Source: Octopus sinensis (lineage: Eukaryota). From it: DNA of 64,000 nucleotides. The stretch is from positions 30,069,360-30,133,359 of the forward strand of contig NC_043019.1 in assembly GCF_006345805.1 (NCBI RefSeq), written 5' to 3'. Of this stretch, positions 38,243 through 51,573 are shown in pieces. The translations under genes and the position numbers were made by a program. The notes below the pieces were generated by a model that was not told the DNA's origin, did not search any database, and saw nothing but the letters and a program-made list of their open reading frames with translations. Every line of letters begins with the position of its first letter. The first letter of the stretch is position 1.

Positions 38243-39771
38243 GAGGTAAAGTAGAAGGTGAATATAAAAGATAGAATAGGATAGAACACCAGAAAAGGTG
38301 GATGTGTAGGTACATGTAACTAGGAAGTTTAGATATGAAAATTTTAGCTAACATAATGCAGTTATTGACTCTAATAATAAAACAAACAGAAACCAACATC
38401 ACTTAATTCAAGAACATTAAAGATAAAATATTTTAAGAACATCAGAGATAAAATATTATAACTATAATCTTAAATATTATACTGTTTCGAAGATAAGTAC
38501 TAATCATCATCGTCGTCGTTGTCATCATCATCATCATCGAAATGTGTTTTCAATGCTGGCATGCATTGGACTGTTTGACAGGAGCTGGCAAATCCAGAAT
38601 CGTGCCAGGTTTCATTGCCTGTTTTGGAATGGTTTCTATGGCTGGAGCCCTTCCTAATGCCAATCACTTTACAGAATGTACCGTCACCCACCAGTGCTTT
38701 TTATGTGGCATTGATGGGGGTCTCAAGTACCTTGCAAGAAAAAAGCTCCTCAGCTGGGACGGAGGAAGTAGTATTGTGTGGGGTGTGAATTTATGCCAGT
38801 TGAGAGATTTAAGGTATAGAGAGAGAACGGATATAGGGGTCTTGCTGTATTCATGGAAAACAAAGAAGATTGAGTTGGAGAATAAAGTAAAGAGAGTGAT
38901 GGTGGAGACATGTCAGGACATCCCCTCAAGGGATATTAGGAGTGGCGAGATGATATAGGGGTTTCGAGTGGGCAGGATGCGGTGGGTGGACAGGATAAGG
39001 TGAGTGTGGTAAATGATGGAGAGAAATATAGGAGAGGCTTGGGAATGATGGTTGCAGTAAATATGTGGGGGGACATTGAGGGTGATTACAGGTAAAACAA
39101 GGAGTTGATGATGGAGAACAGCACAGGGAGGGGAGATAAGATGCAGAAAGGAGGTGATTGGTGGAAACAGAAGGCAGGGGAAGAAAGATAACTGGGGGAG
39201 TAAAGCCGAGGGGTGGGGGAGTGTAGCATGTGCTATTCTGTTCTCATGTGATAAAGAAAGTGATGGGTGTTAAGGGATGAAATGTGGGAGGGGTGGGGAG
39301 AAGGTTGACGGGGGGGGGGCGGAAGAGCCCCTCATGGACATGCATTAGCAAAGTGGTTTTAGAATATCAATACTGTTATGGTGGGCGAGTTTGGTTTTTT
39401 TTGGGTTTTTTAATTAATAATTATCTGAATATTTCATCCAAGTTCTGTTGTTATAAATAAATGAAGAAGCTTATCGTTAGAGCTAGAGTTGTGATCAGGA
39501 GTTGTCCTGTTGCATAAATTGAAATGAAATTTTTTGAGCCATAGCCGTTGAAATTGAATGTTCAGTAACTGCTCCTTGCCATGGTGTGGATTTCTTCAAT
39601 TAAAGCCAGTGACCCTCTTCTGACTGTCACTGAACAGTAAAAAAAAAAACCTATTGAAAGGATGATCTTATGCACTCATCATCATCATCATCATCATATC
39701 GGTGTTATCTACTTACCTTTATGTTTATTTTTAGATTTTACACACCTTAAACGAAGCCCGTCATATATATG

Positions 39772-39817
<46 letters not shown>

Positions 39818-41546
39818 TGTATTTGTTCTCCCAGCATTGCTAGACATCCGATGCTGGTGTGTTTACGTCCCCGTAACTTAGCAGTTCGGCAAAACAGACC
39901 GATAGAATAAGTACTAGGCTTACAAAGAATAAGTCCTGGGGTTGATTTGCTCAACTAAAGGCAGTGCCCAAGATCCTATGCAGTGGGACTGAACCTGGAA
40001 CCATATAGTTGGGAAGCAAACTTTTACCCTGCAGCCACGCCTGCATCTATGTTACATTGTATTATAATGTATTAGATATGTAATATTACATTATATTAGA
40101 TATGAATCTTATATTACATATGTAATATTATATCTGATATGCAATATATTTGATGTTACATATTGTAACATGTAACGTATCATATAATCCATATATGTCA
40201 TCTCATCATAGTAGATATGTCATCATCATCATCACCGCTCTTGTCATCACCATCTTCATTCTTGTCATCACCATCACCACCACAACCTCCAACGCTAATC
40301 AAGTTCAAGCCCAGAGGTCCTTCACTTATTCGTTTGATCTGCTAGAAATAATAGCAACTCAATCTCCTGCAAATTACACACTATTGTCTTTAAGCAAAAA
40401 AAAAAGTGGGTGGGTGGACATTGGATATTGTAATCCAATATAAATTTTAACCCCTCCCCCTTCTCCCCACCCAAAGGGGAAAAAGATAGGATGGTTCATC
40501 ACCATTATCATCATCATCAGTGTCATCATAACCATCACCATCACTGCCACCACAACCATCATCATCATCACTACTACCACCTTCATCTCTGTTACTTGTG
40601 ATCACCATTTCCTTTATCTTGCCCCCCACCCCCAACCAACCAACCCCCCCCTCCCACCACTCCAAATTAACTCTAATTACATGTTATCATTTTTAATTCG
40701 GAATGGAATAGCAGCTGTGTCTTTGACTGGATGTCTTTGAGAAATATCATTTTATCTTATTATACAATTCACCACTGCCACCTCTTTACCACACCACCAC
40801 CACCACCACCACCACCATTACTACAGAACCCACATTATTGAAATACCACCTTCCACCACCACGACTACTATCACCACACAATCACCAACCACATATAATA
40901 CCATTGCAACCAGTATTAACACCACTACCACCATTACTACAAAACCAACATGATTGAAATACCACCACCACTACCACTACTGCTGCTACCACACTACAGC
41001 CACTGTCACTATCATTCCCTGCATCACTACACTAAACATTGAGCAACAAGCTGGTCGTGAACTAGTTGATGTTCTTCAATTCTTCCTTCTTTGAAATCCA
41101 CATACCGCTTCTACACATCTTTACTAATGAACCACTTCGCTCCTCCCCCTCTTTGCTCCATGTTACTTTTAGAATTCTCCATAAAGTGTTGAGAGGCTGG
41201 ATCTGGCCAGTTTGAACATAAAGATAGACAGAATAGTTGAGCTGGATTTGGACAGATCAACTGCTAAAGGGTTATATATGTATATATATAGAGAGAGAAC
41301 AAAGTGTACGTACGCCACTGTATATATACTCTTTACTCTTTACTCTTTTACTCTTTTACTTGTTTCAGTCATTTGACTGCGGCCATGCTGGAGTACCGCC
41401 TTTAGTCGAGCAAATTGACCCCAGGACTTATTCTTTGTAAGCCCAGTACTTATTCTATCGGTCTCTTTTGCCAAACCACTAAGTTAAACACTCCAGCATC
41501 GGTTGTCAAGTGATATTGGGGAGACAAATACAGACACACAAACATA

Positions 41547-41608
<62 letters not shown>

Positions 41609-41689
41609 CATATATACAATGGGATTCTTTTACATGCCACCGGCACAGAAGCCAGTCATATATATACATACATACATGTACATATATAC

Positions 41690-41719
<30 letters not shown>

Positions 41720-41722
<3 letters not shown>

Positions 41723-41916
41723 ATAGTTAATCCAAACATGAAAACACAAAGAGAAAACACAACAACGCGAGGATGTGGAACAAGTATAGTGTTATTGGAT
41801 GCTCAGGAAAGGAAAGAAAGGAGGAGGATTTAATGATTCGAGCGGAGCTCTTTGTCAGAAACATAGGAAAAAGAAAGACCCAAGGAAGGGAAGACGAGGA
41901 AAAAATCGCCAACGGT

Positions 41917-41925
<9 letters not shown>
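41720..41925 (-). mobile_element. Penelope-like terminal-repeat fragment (tentative)
   Basis: Between (TA)n and (CA)n tracts. Minus strand 41831-41858 reads CTGACAAAGAGCTCCGCTCGAATCATTA, a degenerate hammerhead-like core. Confidence 0.45.
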
Positions 41926-41951
<26 letters not shown>

Positions 41952-42315
41952 CATGCATGTGCACACACACACATATAAATATAGGTATATATACAGACAG
42001 ACTGATATACAGATAGATATATGTGATTCAGAACTGTACAAAAAAAAAAAAGACAGTGACAGCTGAGGGAATAACAAACAATGTCTGATCATGGCCGCTG
42101 CCAGCCTCCCCTAGCACCTGTGCCGGGGGAGGCGTAAAAAGTGGCACGTAAAAAGCACCCATTACACTCACGGAGTGGTTGGTGTTAGGAAGGGCATCAA
42201 GCTGTAGAAACACTGCCAGATCCGACTGGAGCGTGGTGCAGCCTCCTTGCTTCCAGGACCCCAGTCGAACTGTCCAACCCATGCTAGCATGGAAAACGGA
42301 CGTTAAACAATGATG

Positions 42316-42356
<41 letters not shown>

Positions 42357-44049
42357 ATAAGATTATTATTTTAAATAGCAATCAAATTAAGTGACAGTAT
42401 GGGAAGAAAAAACCTTTTAGGTATTAAAATTATAAATGAGGGTATCTAAGACATACCCTAATTTGTGATTTTAGAGTCAGGTTTTGACTGCTATTTCAAG
42501 CATGGTCGTATCTCTTAGAAACCCTTATTTATAATATATATATATGCCTCTTAGATCATGGAGAAGTCATCATAACCCAATTTTAAACACACATGTACTG
42601 CCCTAAGTATTAAATTATTACTCTTTCCTTTCATAATAGTGATGTGTACTATTGTGTCAAGAAGCTTTATAGTACTTTTGTAACCTTGCCACTGACACTA
42701 ATCCAGGGCATCTGTCACAAGTCAACTATTGGCCAGTTTTTATAGGACTTGGGATGACTTGTTTATTTACTCATTATTTATTTATTTATTTATTTAAATC
42801 CTCTGTATCATAATAACATTCCTCTTTAAGTAAGGGAGTGGCTGATGTCGTTCACATGACAGTGTTGTTATATCATACACTCACACACACACACGTGCGC
42901 GCATACATGCTTGTACATGAATAATCGGCAGAGAAATCCTGGCATGACTCAAAGTTCAAGAGTTTCAGGCATGGTACTTATCAAACAGTTTGTTTCCCCC
43001 AAGCCTATATTTATGTAAAACAAATGAATTATTTTTGTGGTTAACGCATTCAGCCTGCCGTCTTTGGGAAAGGAACCCGTTAGATAAGATACATGTTTGG
43101 TATGTTGGTCTTTTAAATTTAAAAACAAATCTTATTCCAATGTCCATCTTCATATCTGAGTCTGTGAGTGAGGAAGGATTTTGTTTGTTGTTTGAAGATG
43201 ATTGAAATAATTTCTGTTTTCTTTCTTTCTTTCTTTCTTGTTTTTGTTTATGTGTTGTTGTTTACTTCACCAAGACAACTGCCAGCTCCGTTAAAGTAGA
43301 GTAAATGCGAAACGTACTAAATACATGTAAACATTGGTAACCACACATCACAAGCTATTTTGTTTAGTGTTCAACTGATTCTAGTATTATACTCGTCGTC
43401 ATCATCATCATCATCATCATCATCATCACCATCATCAGCAGCATCTTTTAATACCTGCTTTCTATGCTGTTGTTGTTGTTGTTGTGGTTGTTGTTAAGCA
43501 GCAAGATGAATAAGGGTGATTAGGTGATGGTCTAGGGCTTAGGGGTGGGAGACCCCAGACCTCGGAAAAAACCCCCAAAAAAACTTTGGTCTTGTTGTAG
43601 TCGAAGGCTCTTCATTGACGTCCAACAACACTGGGAGGTGGCTCTCGAAGTTGCTGGAAATGGAGATCTCCAGGTCCAAATTCTTGGATGGCGCTTTCTG
43701 TGCTGGCATGGCTTGGACAGTTTGACCAGAGCTGGCAAGCTGGACAACTGCACCAGGTTCTAGTCTGATTTGGTTTGGGTTTTTTCTGGCTGGATGCCCT
43801 TTCTAGTGCTAACCACTTTAAAGTGTGTGTTGGGTGCTTTTAACATGGCACCAGCACATGCATTTTTTTCATGTGGAACTGGCACAAGTGACTTTTACAT
43901 GGCACCAGCACATGTGCTCTTGCAGACTTATCCACTTCATCCAGGATAGTGGCCTCAACACTTATGCTGTGGAAGATGGGTCTACTTGAGTACAGTAAGG
44001 TTCCTGATATTTTGGTCCTTTGCCATCTCCCCTGATTATATATAATAAC

Positions 44050-45215
44050 TTTCAAAGGTGCCTGTCCTTACTTATGCTCATAAATGTTGGGTAATGACCA
44101 AAAGAGTATGATCAAGAACACATGTTACCAAAATGGGGTTCCTCTGAAGGAACCCTGGAGTAGAATTACTCAACAGGATGCTTAGCTTTGAGATCAGGGA
44201 ATGTCTCCAAGTCAAGCTGCTGCTTCTCTGCATTGAGGGCTCACAGCCCTGGTACTACATGTATATGATTAGAATATTAGAATATCTCAGGAAAGCATCA
44301 GAAGACAGATTCTTTAACCCTTTAATATTTAAACCGGCCATATCTGGCTAAAATATTCTGCCTGTTTTATCTTCAAAATGGTCCTATCTGGCCTTTCACA
44401 CCTACAGTACAGTGCCATTTTAAACATCAACAATCACATCATTGAAATCTCAAAGCTATGAAATAATGCATGATTAATTTAAAATGATGTGAATTCATAA
44501 GCATTAGATTTGTGGCAATATAGGAGTGGCTGTGTGGTAAGTAGCTTGCTAACCAACCACATGGTTCTGGGTTCAGTCCCACTGCGTGGCACCTTGGGCA
44601 AGTGTCTTCTGCTATAGCCCCGGGCCGACCAATGCCTTGCGAGTGGATTTGGTAGACGGAAACTGAAAGAAGCCCGTCGTGTATATGTATATATATATAT
44701 ATATATATGTGTGTGTGCGTGTATGTTTGTGTGTCTGTGTTTGTCCCCCTAGCATTGCTTGACAACCGATGCTGGTGTGTTTACGTCTCCATTACTTAGC
44801 GGTTCGGCAAAAGAGACCGATAGAATAAGTACTGGGCTTACAAAAGAATAAGTCCCAGGGTCGAGTTGCTCGATTAAAAGCGGTGCTCCAGCATGGCCGC
44901 AGTCAAATGACTGAAACAAGTAAAAGAGTAAAAGAGAGAGAGAGAGAGAGAGATTTAACAGAGTAAAATGAATACGAAATGGTTAAGCCAAACCAACCGG
45001 GAGGAGACTCAGGGATAGACCAAGAACATGATGGTTGGGTAATGTCCATAATCTCAATCGGTCATACTTGGGAATCCAGTCAGATAAGTCTGCAGATGAT
45101 GCTTTCTCATAGGACTCTATGGAGGAGTTGCATGAGAACTCTACCCCCACAACCCTCCCAGGAATACTGGGCAGAGAAGCTGGATGGGATGGATGGTAGA
45201 TGGGTGGATGGATAG
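44050..45215 (+). mobile_element. Decayed Expander/Rex3-like RTE LINE 3' end, interrupted by a TTAA MITE that is itself interrupted by SINE-B
   Basis: 44050-44255 translates YAHKCWVMTKRV*SRT...KMGFL*R...FEIRECLQVKLLLLCIEGSQPWY. ~45050-45210 gives LWRSCMRTLPPQPSQE followed by (GGAT)n. Confidence 0.7.
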
Positions 45216-46744
45216 AAGGAGAGGGATGGATTTCAACGAGTTGACAAGCTCACCTTTTTATTCTGACTCTGTAACTATGACTACAATATCGAACATCTCT
45301 TTTTTTTTTTTTTTTTTTTTTGAAGATAAGCAATGGGGCTGATTGTTATCTGGCTACTAATACTGGTATGTCAAGTAACTGTGTGTGGGGGCTCTTTCTT
45401 AAGTGCATTCTTCAAACAGGATACATACATCCTGTATATACTGAATGACAAAGATTACAATTGGTTGATTCTAAAACCTATTAGCTTACATAATCGCCAT
45501 ATTTCTGTACTTTTACTATAATTTTCAAGGAAATGACAGTGTAGAAAATCTTTTTCTACTATAGGCACAAGGCCTAAATTTTTGGGGGCAAGAACCAGTC
45601 AATTACATTGACCTCAGTGATTGACTGGTACTTGTCCCGTGGACTCCAAAAGGATGGAAGGCAAAGTTGACCTTCGCAAAATTTGAACTCAGAATGTAAA
45701 GTACCAGATGAAATGCTGTTAAGCGTTTTGTCCAGAGTGGTAACAATTCTGCCAGCTCGCCACCCTGGCAATATTAATAATAATAACAGCAACAGCAGCA
45801 ACAACAACTTCAACAATAATAATGGTTTTAAAGTTTGGCACGACACCTGTAATTCCAGGCAAGGGAATAAGTCGATTGCTTCGACCCCAGGGCTCAACTG
45901 GTACTTAATTTATCGACCCTAATTGGATAAACTTAATTTATTGACAGGCAAAGTCAACTTTGGCAGAATTTGAACTCAGAATGTAAAGAGAACTGAAATG
46001 CCTCTAAGCATTTTGCCCAGCATGCTAATGATTCTGCCAGCTTGCTGTCTTAATAATAATGATGATGATAATATTAATAATAATAATAATGATGATGATA
46101 ATATTAATAATAATAATGATGATGATAATATTAATGATAATAATGATGATGATGATAATCAAAACATAAAAACTATAAGCATCTGTAAATTTTGTGCTGG
46201 TGCCATGAGAAATATTTCTATATTGCAACAATTACAGAGTATAGAAAGAAGTGTAAAATTGATAACTATATAATCCAACCAAAATATCTGTTACACAACC
46301 ATAAACAGAATTACTATTTAGACTTAAAGTACATTGTGCATATTCAAAGAACAGTGGCATGGAACGTTTTTCTGGTATTCTTTTATTCTTTTACTTGTTT
46401 CAGTCATTTGATGGTGGCCATGCTGGAGCACCACCCATTAGTCAAAGAAATCGACCACTGGACTTATTCTTTGTAAGCCCGGTGCTTATTCTATCAATCT
46501 CTTCTGCCGAACCGCTAAGTTACGAGGATGCAAACACACCAGCATTGGTTGGGGAGACAAATACAGACACAAACATACATACATAAATACACACACACAC
46601 ACACACACACACTGTCTGACACTCTGACAAATCTGCCAATCCATTGCTCTAATTTATAACAACAATCACCACAAAAAGTGGTTGAATATCTTTAGTTTAA
46701 ACCCTGCCAGCATGGAACCTGGATGTTAAATGATAATGATGATG

Positions 46745-46790
<46 letters not shown>

Positions 46791-47271
46791 TGATGACTTG
46801 TCTGTTTCTATTTATATCTGTCAAAAAATAGTCTTATTGTAAAGTCATTACCCCAGCATGGCCACAATTCAGTAACTGGAATTTATGACTAAATGAATTT
46901 CCTTTGTCTCTTCTTATGTAAATAACGGATAACCACCCCCTCTCTATACACAAAGGAAGTTTTGATGCACTATAAATGTTACAAAGCTTCTCTTATCAGG
47001 AAATTGATATTTTAAATGTTCCTATTAACTGATAATTAAATAGCCTTCATTATTTATTCAATTATAAGCTTTTGAACTATTAACCTCATTTTTTCAAGAT
47101 GAAGAAATATGGGTATGATCTTGGACACACTTTCTAGTGAACCTATGATGAGAGACATTAACTCTTTAGCATTTAAATCAGTTATATATAATCCATATAT
47201 CCTACCTGTTTTATGTTCAAACTGAAAATATCTGGCCTCTCACACCTATCCTACAATGTCATTCTAAAATA

Positions 47272-48202
47272 GGCGCAGGAGTGGCTATGTGGTAAGTACC
47301 TTGCTAACCAACCACATGGTTCCAGGTTCAGTCCCACTGCGTGGCATCTTGGGCAAGTGTCTTCTGCTATAGCCCCGGGCCGACCAATGCCTTGTGAGTG
47401 GATTTGGTAGATGGAAACTGAAAGAAGCCTGTCGTATATATGTATATATGTATATATATGTGTGTGTGTATGTGTTTGTGTGTCTGTGTTTGTCCCCCTA
47501 GCATTGCTTAACAACCGATTCGGGTGTGTTTATGTCTCCATCACTTAGCGGTTCGGCAAAAGAGACCGATAGAATAAGTACTGGACTTACAAGAATAAGT
47601 CCGGGGTCGATTTAAGCCTGGTACTTAATTTATCAGTCTCTTTTGCTGAATCACTAAGTTATAGGGACATAAACACACCATCACCAGTTATCAAATAGTG
47701 GCGGGGGACAACACAACACACACACACACACACACACATGATGGGCTTCTTTCAGTTTCCATCTGCCAAATCCACTCACAAGGCTTTGGTCAGGCTGAAG
47801 CTATAGTGGAAGACACTTGTCCAAGGTTCCACACAGTGGGACTGAACCCAGAACCATGTGGTTGGGAAGCAAGCTTCTTACCACACAGTCACACCTGTGC
47901 CATTGTGCATCTAGAGTTACATTATTCTATGTGAACTTCCTTTCTCAAGACAGCAACAGTGATGTGTTTGTGTGTCTGTGTTTGTCCCCCTAGCATTGCT
48001 TAACAACCGATTCGGGTGTGTTTATGTCTCCATCACTTAGCGGTTCGGCAAAAGAGACCGATAGAATAAGTACTGGACTTACAAAGAATAAGTCCCGGGG
48101 TCGATTTAAGCCTGGTACTTAATTTATCAGTCTCTTTTGCTGAATCACTAAGTTATAGGGACATAAACACACCATCACCAGTTATCAAATAGTGGCGGGG
48201 GA

Positions 48203-48240
<38 letters not shown>

Positions 48241-48680
48241 ATGGGCTTCTTTCAGTTTCCATCTGCCAAATCCACTCACAAGGCTTTGGTCAGGCTGAAG
48301 CTATAGTGGAAGACACTTGTCCAAGGTTCCACACAGTGGGACTGAACCCAGAACCATGTGGTTGGGAAGCAAGCTTCTACCACACAGTCACACCTGTGCC
48401 ATTGTGCATCTAGAGTTACATTATTCTATGTTAACTTCCTTTCTCAAGACAGCAACAGTGATGTGTTTGTGTGTCTGTGTTTGTCCCCCTAGCATTGCTT
48501 AACAACCGATTCGGGTGTGTTTATGTCTCCATCACTTAGCGGTTCGGCAAAAGAGACCGATAGAATAAGTACTGGACTTACAAAGAATAAGTCCCGGGGT
48601 CGATTTGCTCGACTAAAGGCGGTGCTCCAGCATGGCCACAGTCAAATGACTGAAACAAGTAAAAGAGTAAATGAGTAAGA
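47272..48680 (+). mobile_element. SINE-B carrying two templated copies of the 50824-51178 segment
   Basis: Normal 5' part to 47613, inserts at 47611-47965 and 48105-48464, normal 3' end at ~48600-48680. Confidence 0.9.
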
Positions 48681-49013
48681 GAGTCACTTCATCCAGACTC
48701 CTGAAGTTATGTGTTAATGCATTATTTATTCAAAACAGTGTGGATAAATAAGCATTACATTCAACAGAGTAATCTCAGTGCTTAAAGGACATTAAATCAC
48801 TCCTGTCTGAAGACTTGAGGTAGCACTGAGTGAGTCCTAGAAATTTCTTTAGTTTCCCTCATCAAGGTTATTGGGGAAGCCAAAACTCTGGTAGAACAGG
48901 GGTAATTGTTCCATATTCCATGTGGCTGTGACCGGTGATGGTGCCTGCAATATGTTGATAATGCTAATTGTCTTGACCACTTTGTTCTTGGTCATTCACT
49001 ATCAATGTCTTAG

Positions 49014-49087
49014 GCTTTGTCAGTAGCAAGCATTTGCTGGCAAGTGGATGCTAAGACAAAATCAGCCACTACTGATATAGTAAAACG
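49014..49087 (+). CDS. Weak candidate internal exon (ALSVASICWQVDAKTKSATTDIVK)
   Basis: Acceptor TCAATGTCTTAG, donor CG|GTAATT, single open frame, phase 0 to 2, compatible with exon 60071. Confidence 0.3.
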
Positions 49088-49868
49088 GTAATTCAAAAAT
49101 CACTGATGTTGCAATTAGCCTGCAGGCTGAATAAAAATTTGTTAAGAGTGACAAAAGTAATATTAGTTCAAACTAGCAATCTGTATATCATACTTAAAAC
49201 ATATACATCATTGAAAGCCTGATATTTATCAGTGCCACCATTGCTGTTGGATAATTTTTCATCTGCTTCTAATATTTTTTGGTGATTTTAACACTATATA
49301 TCTATTAGAGATGCTTTCTTAAGAGGAATACTGTAGTTTATTAATCTTTCTATGATATATATGCTTTATGTATGATACACATATTGCTATTTTGAACTAA
49401 TACTGCTGAATAATAATTCGTTATGAGCAACAGAGGTCGTATTAGTTGAAAATAGTAATCTGTGTATGATACATAAAACATGTACCTCATAGAAAGATTA
49501 ATAAACTGCAGTATTTCTTCTGGCTGAAACTTTGAAGTACTTGCCAGCAACATTTTTAAGAATAATAAATTTGTACTGTACAAAAGTATAGAGTAACCGA
49601 TCAGATTTATGTGAAATTGTTTGTATTATAACTGAACATAAAAACAAACAATAGTATATATAGGTGCTGGCATGGCTGTGTTTTGGGCTTGAAGTTTTTC
49701 AGGAGGATGTTCTAGGCATCTGCATTGTCCCCTGCCAAAGAATTTTAGAGATTGCAAGCGCACTCCCTTTTCCAAAGCCTGTGTGTGTGCGTGTGTGTGT
49801 GTGTCTGTCTATCCGTCCGTCCATTCCTCCATCTGTCTCTCTCCCTGCCTCCTCTCCCTCCTCTCTTA

Positions 49869-49908
<40 letters not shown>

Positions 49909-51342
49909 CTCTCTCTCTCACACACACACTCTCTCTCTCACACACACACTCTCTCTCTCACACACACACACTCTCTCTCTCTCTGAGGAATTTGAAATTG
50001 TTTGGGTGTTGCTGGGCAGACAGGAAATTGAGAATTTAGCAGGTGGTGGTTTAAGCCTTTTTGGTTCAGAACTAAGTTTTTAAGTGGTTGAGTAATTGTG
50101 CGTCTGTGTCCATTAGAGTGAGTAATTGTGCATCTGTGTCCATGAATACAGAAGAAGCTTTACTATATATATTGTGTGTGTGTATGTGTGTGTGGTTGTT
50201 TGTATGATTATGTGGAAGTGTGGGACAGCTGCGTACTTATATGCTGGAAGATAACATTGTATGACTGGGCATATCCTTGTAGTGCATCTTTCAGGAAGTT
50301 AAAGATCCTGAGTAGACTAAGGAGAATGAAACATACTTTCCTAGACAGTGTTTTGTAATGTTCCCAGAGAAAATTTTTGTTTCTAAGTGTTTGTAGATGT
50401 GTTTATGAGGTCAAGAATATTTGCTTCACGACTATGTGATTGTCAAAGATTTGAAATTGAAGATATAAACTGTTTCATTTTGTTTCATCTTGGGAGGGTC
50501 ATTATGCCAGTAATAAACACATGCACTGGTTCTGTTTCGCTTCACTGTTATTTATTTGTCAATCGGTTAAATAGTTAACCAATAGGCAAATAAATAACAA
50601 TGAAGTGAAATACAACCAGTGTTTGTGTTATTTATTGGTACAATGACCCTCTTGCCAGGCAGCAAAATGTTTGAATACATTCCAACCATCACCATACCAT
50701 TCTATCATTTTCTTGGGCATTCTTTTATCTTTTATCTGTTTCAGTCATTAGATTGTGGCCATGCTGGGGCACCACCTTGATGAATTTTTAGTCATGTGAA
50801 TTGACTCCAGTACTTATTTTTTCTTTAAGCCTGGTACTTAATTTATCAGTCTCTTTTGCTGAATCACTAAGTTATAGGGACATAAACACACCATCACCAG
50901 TTATCAAATAGTGGTGGGGGACAAACACACATACGCACACACACACACACATGATGGGCTTCTTTCAGTTTCCATCTGCCAAATCCACTCACAAGGCTTT
51001 GGTTAGGCCGAAGCTATAGTGGAAGACATTTGTCCAAGGTTCCACACAGTGGGACTGAACCCAGAACCATGTGGTTGGGAAGCAAGCTTCTTACCACACA
51101 GTCACACCTGTGCCATTGTGCATCTAGAGTTACATTATTCTATGTGAACTTCCTTTCTCAAGACAGCAACAGTGATGTTGCCTTGCAAGTTTCTTGGTAA
51201 CCCCACGGGTGCTGGTGCCACATAAAAAGCACCCAGTCACACTCTGTAAAAGAGATCCAGCTGTAGAAACCATGCCGAAGCAGACAGTATTCTGGCTCTC
51301 CAACTCCTCTCACACCATCCACTCCATACTGGTATAGAAAAA

Positions 51343-51573
51343 AGGCGGCGAGCTGGCAGAAACGTTAGCACGCCGGGCGAAATGCTTAGCAGTATTTCGT
51401 CTGCGTTACGTTGTGAGTTCGAATTCCGCCGAGGTCGACTTTGCCTTTCATCCTTTCGGGGTCGATAAATTAAGTACCAGTTACGCACTGGGGTCGATGT
51501 AATCGACTTAATACCTATGTCTGTCCTTGTTTGTCCCCTCTGTGTTTAGCCCCTTGTGGGTAATAAAGAAATA
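51343..51573 (+). mobile_element. Young SINE-A with 12-bp TSD
   Basis: GGTATAGAAAAA at 51331-51342 and 51574-51585. Confidence 0.92.

Noticed and set aside
50295-50354. Possible exon KLKILSRLRRMKHTFLDSV
   Set aside because: Acceptor is plausible but the donor (TTTT|GTAATG) is poor and there is no other support.
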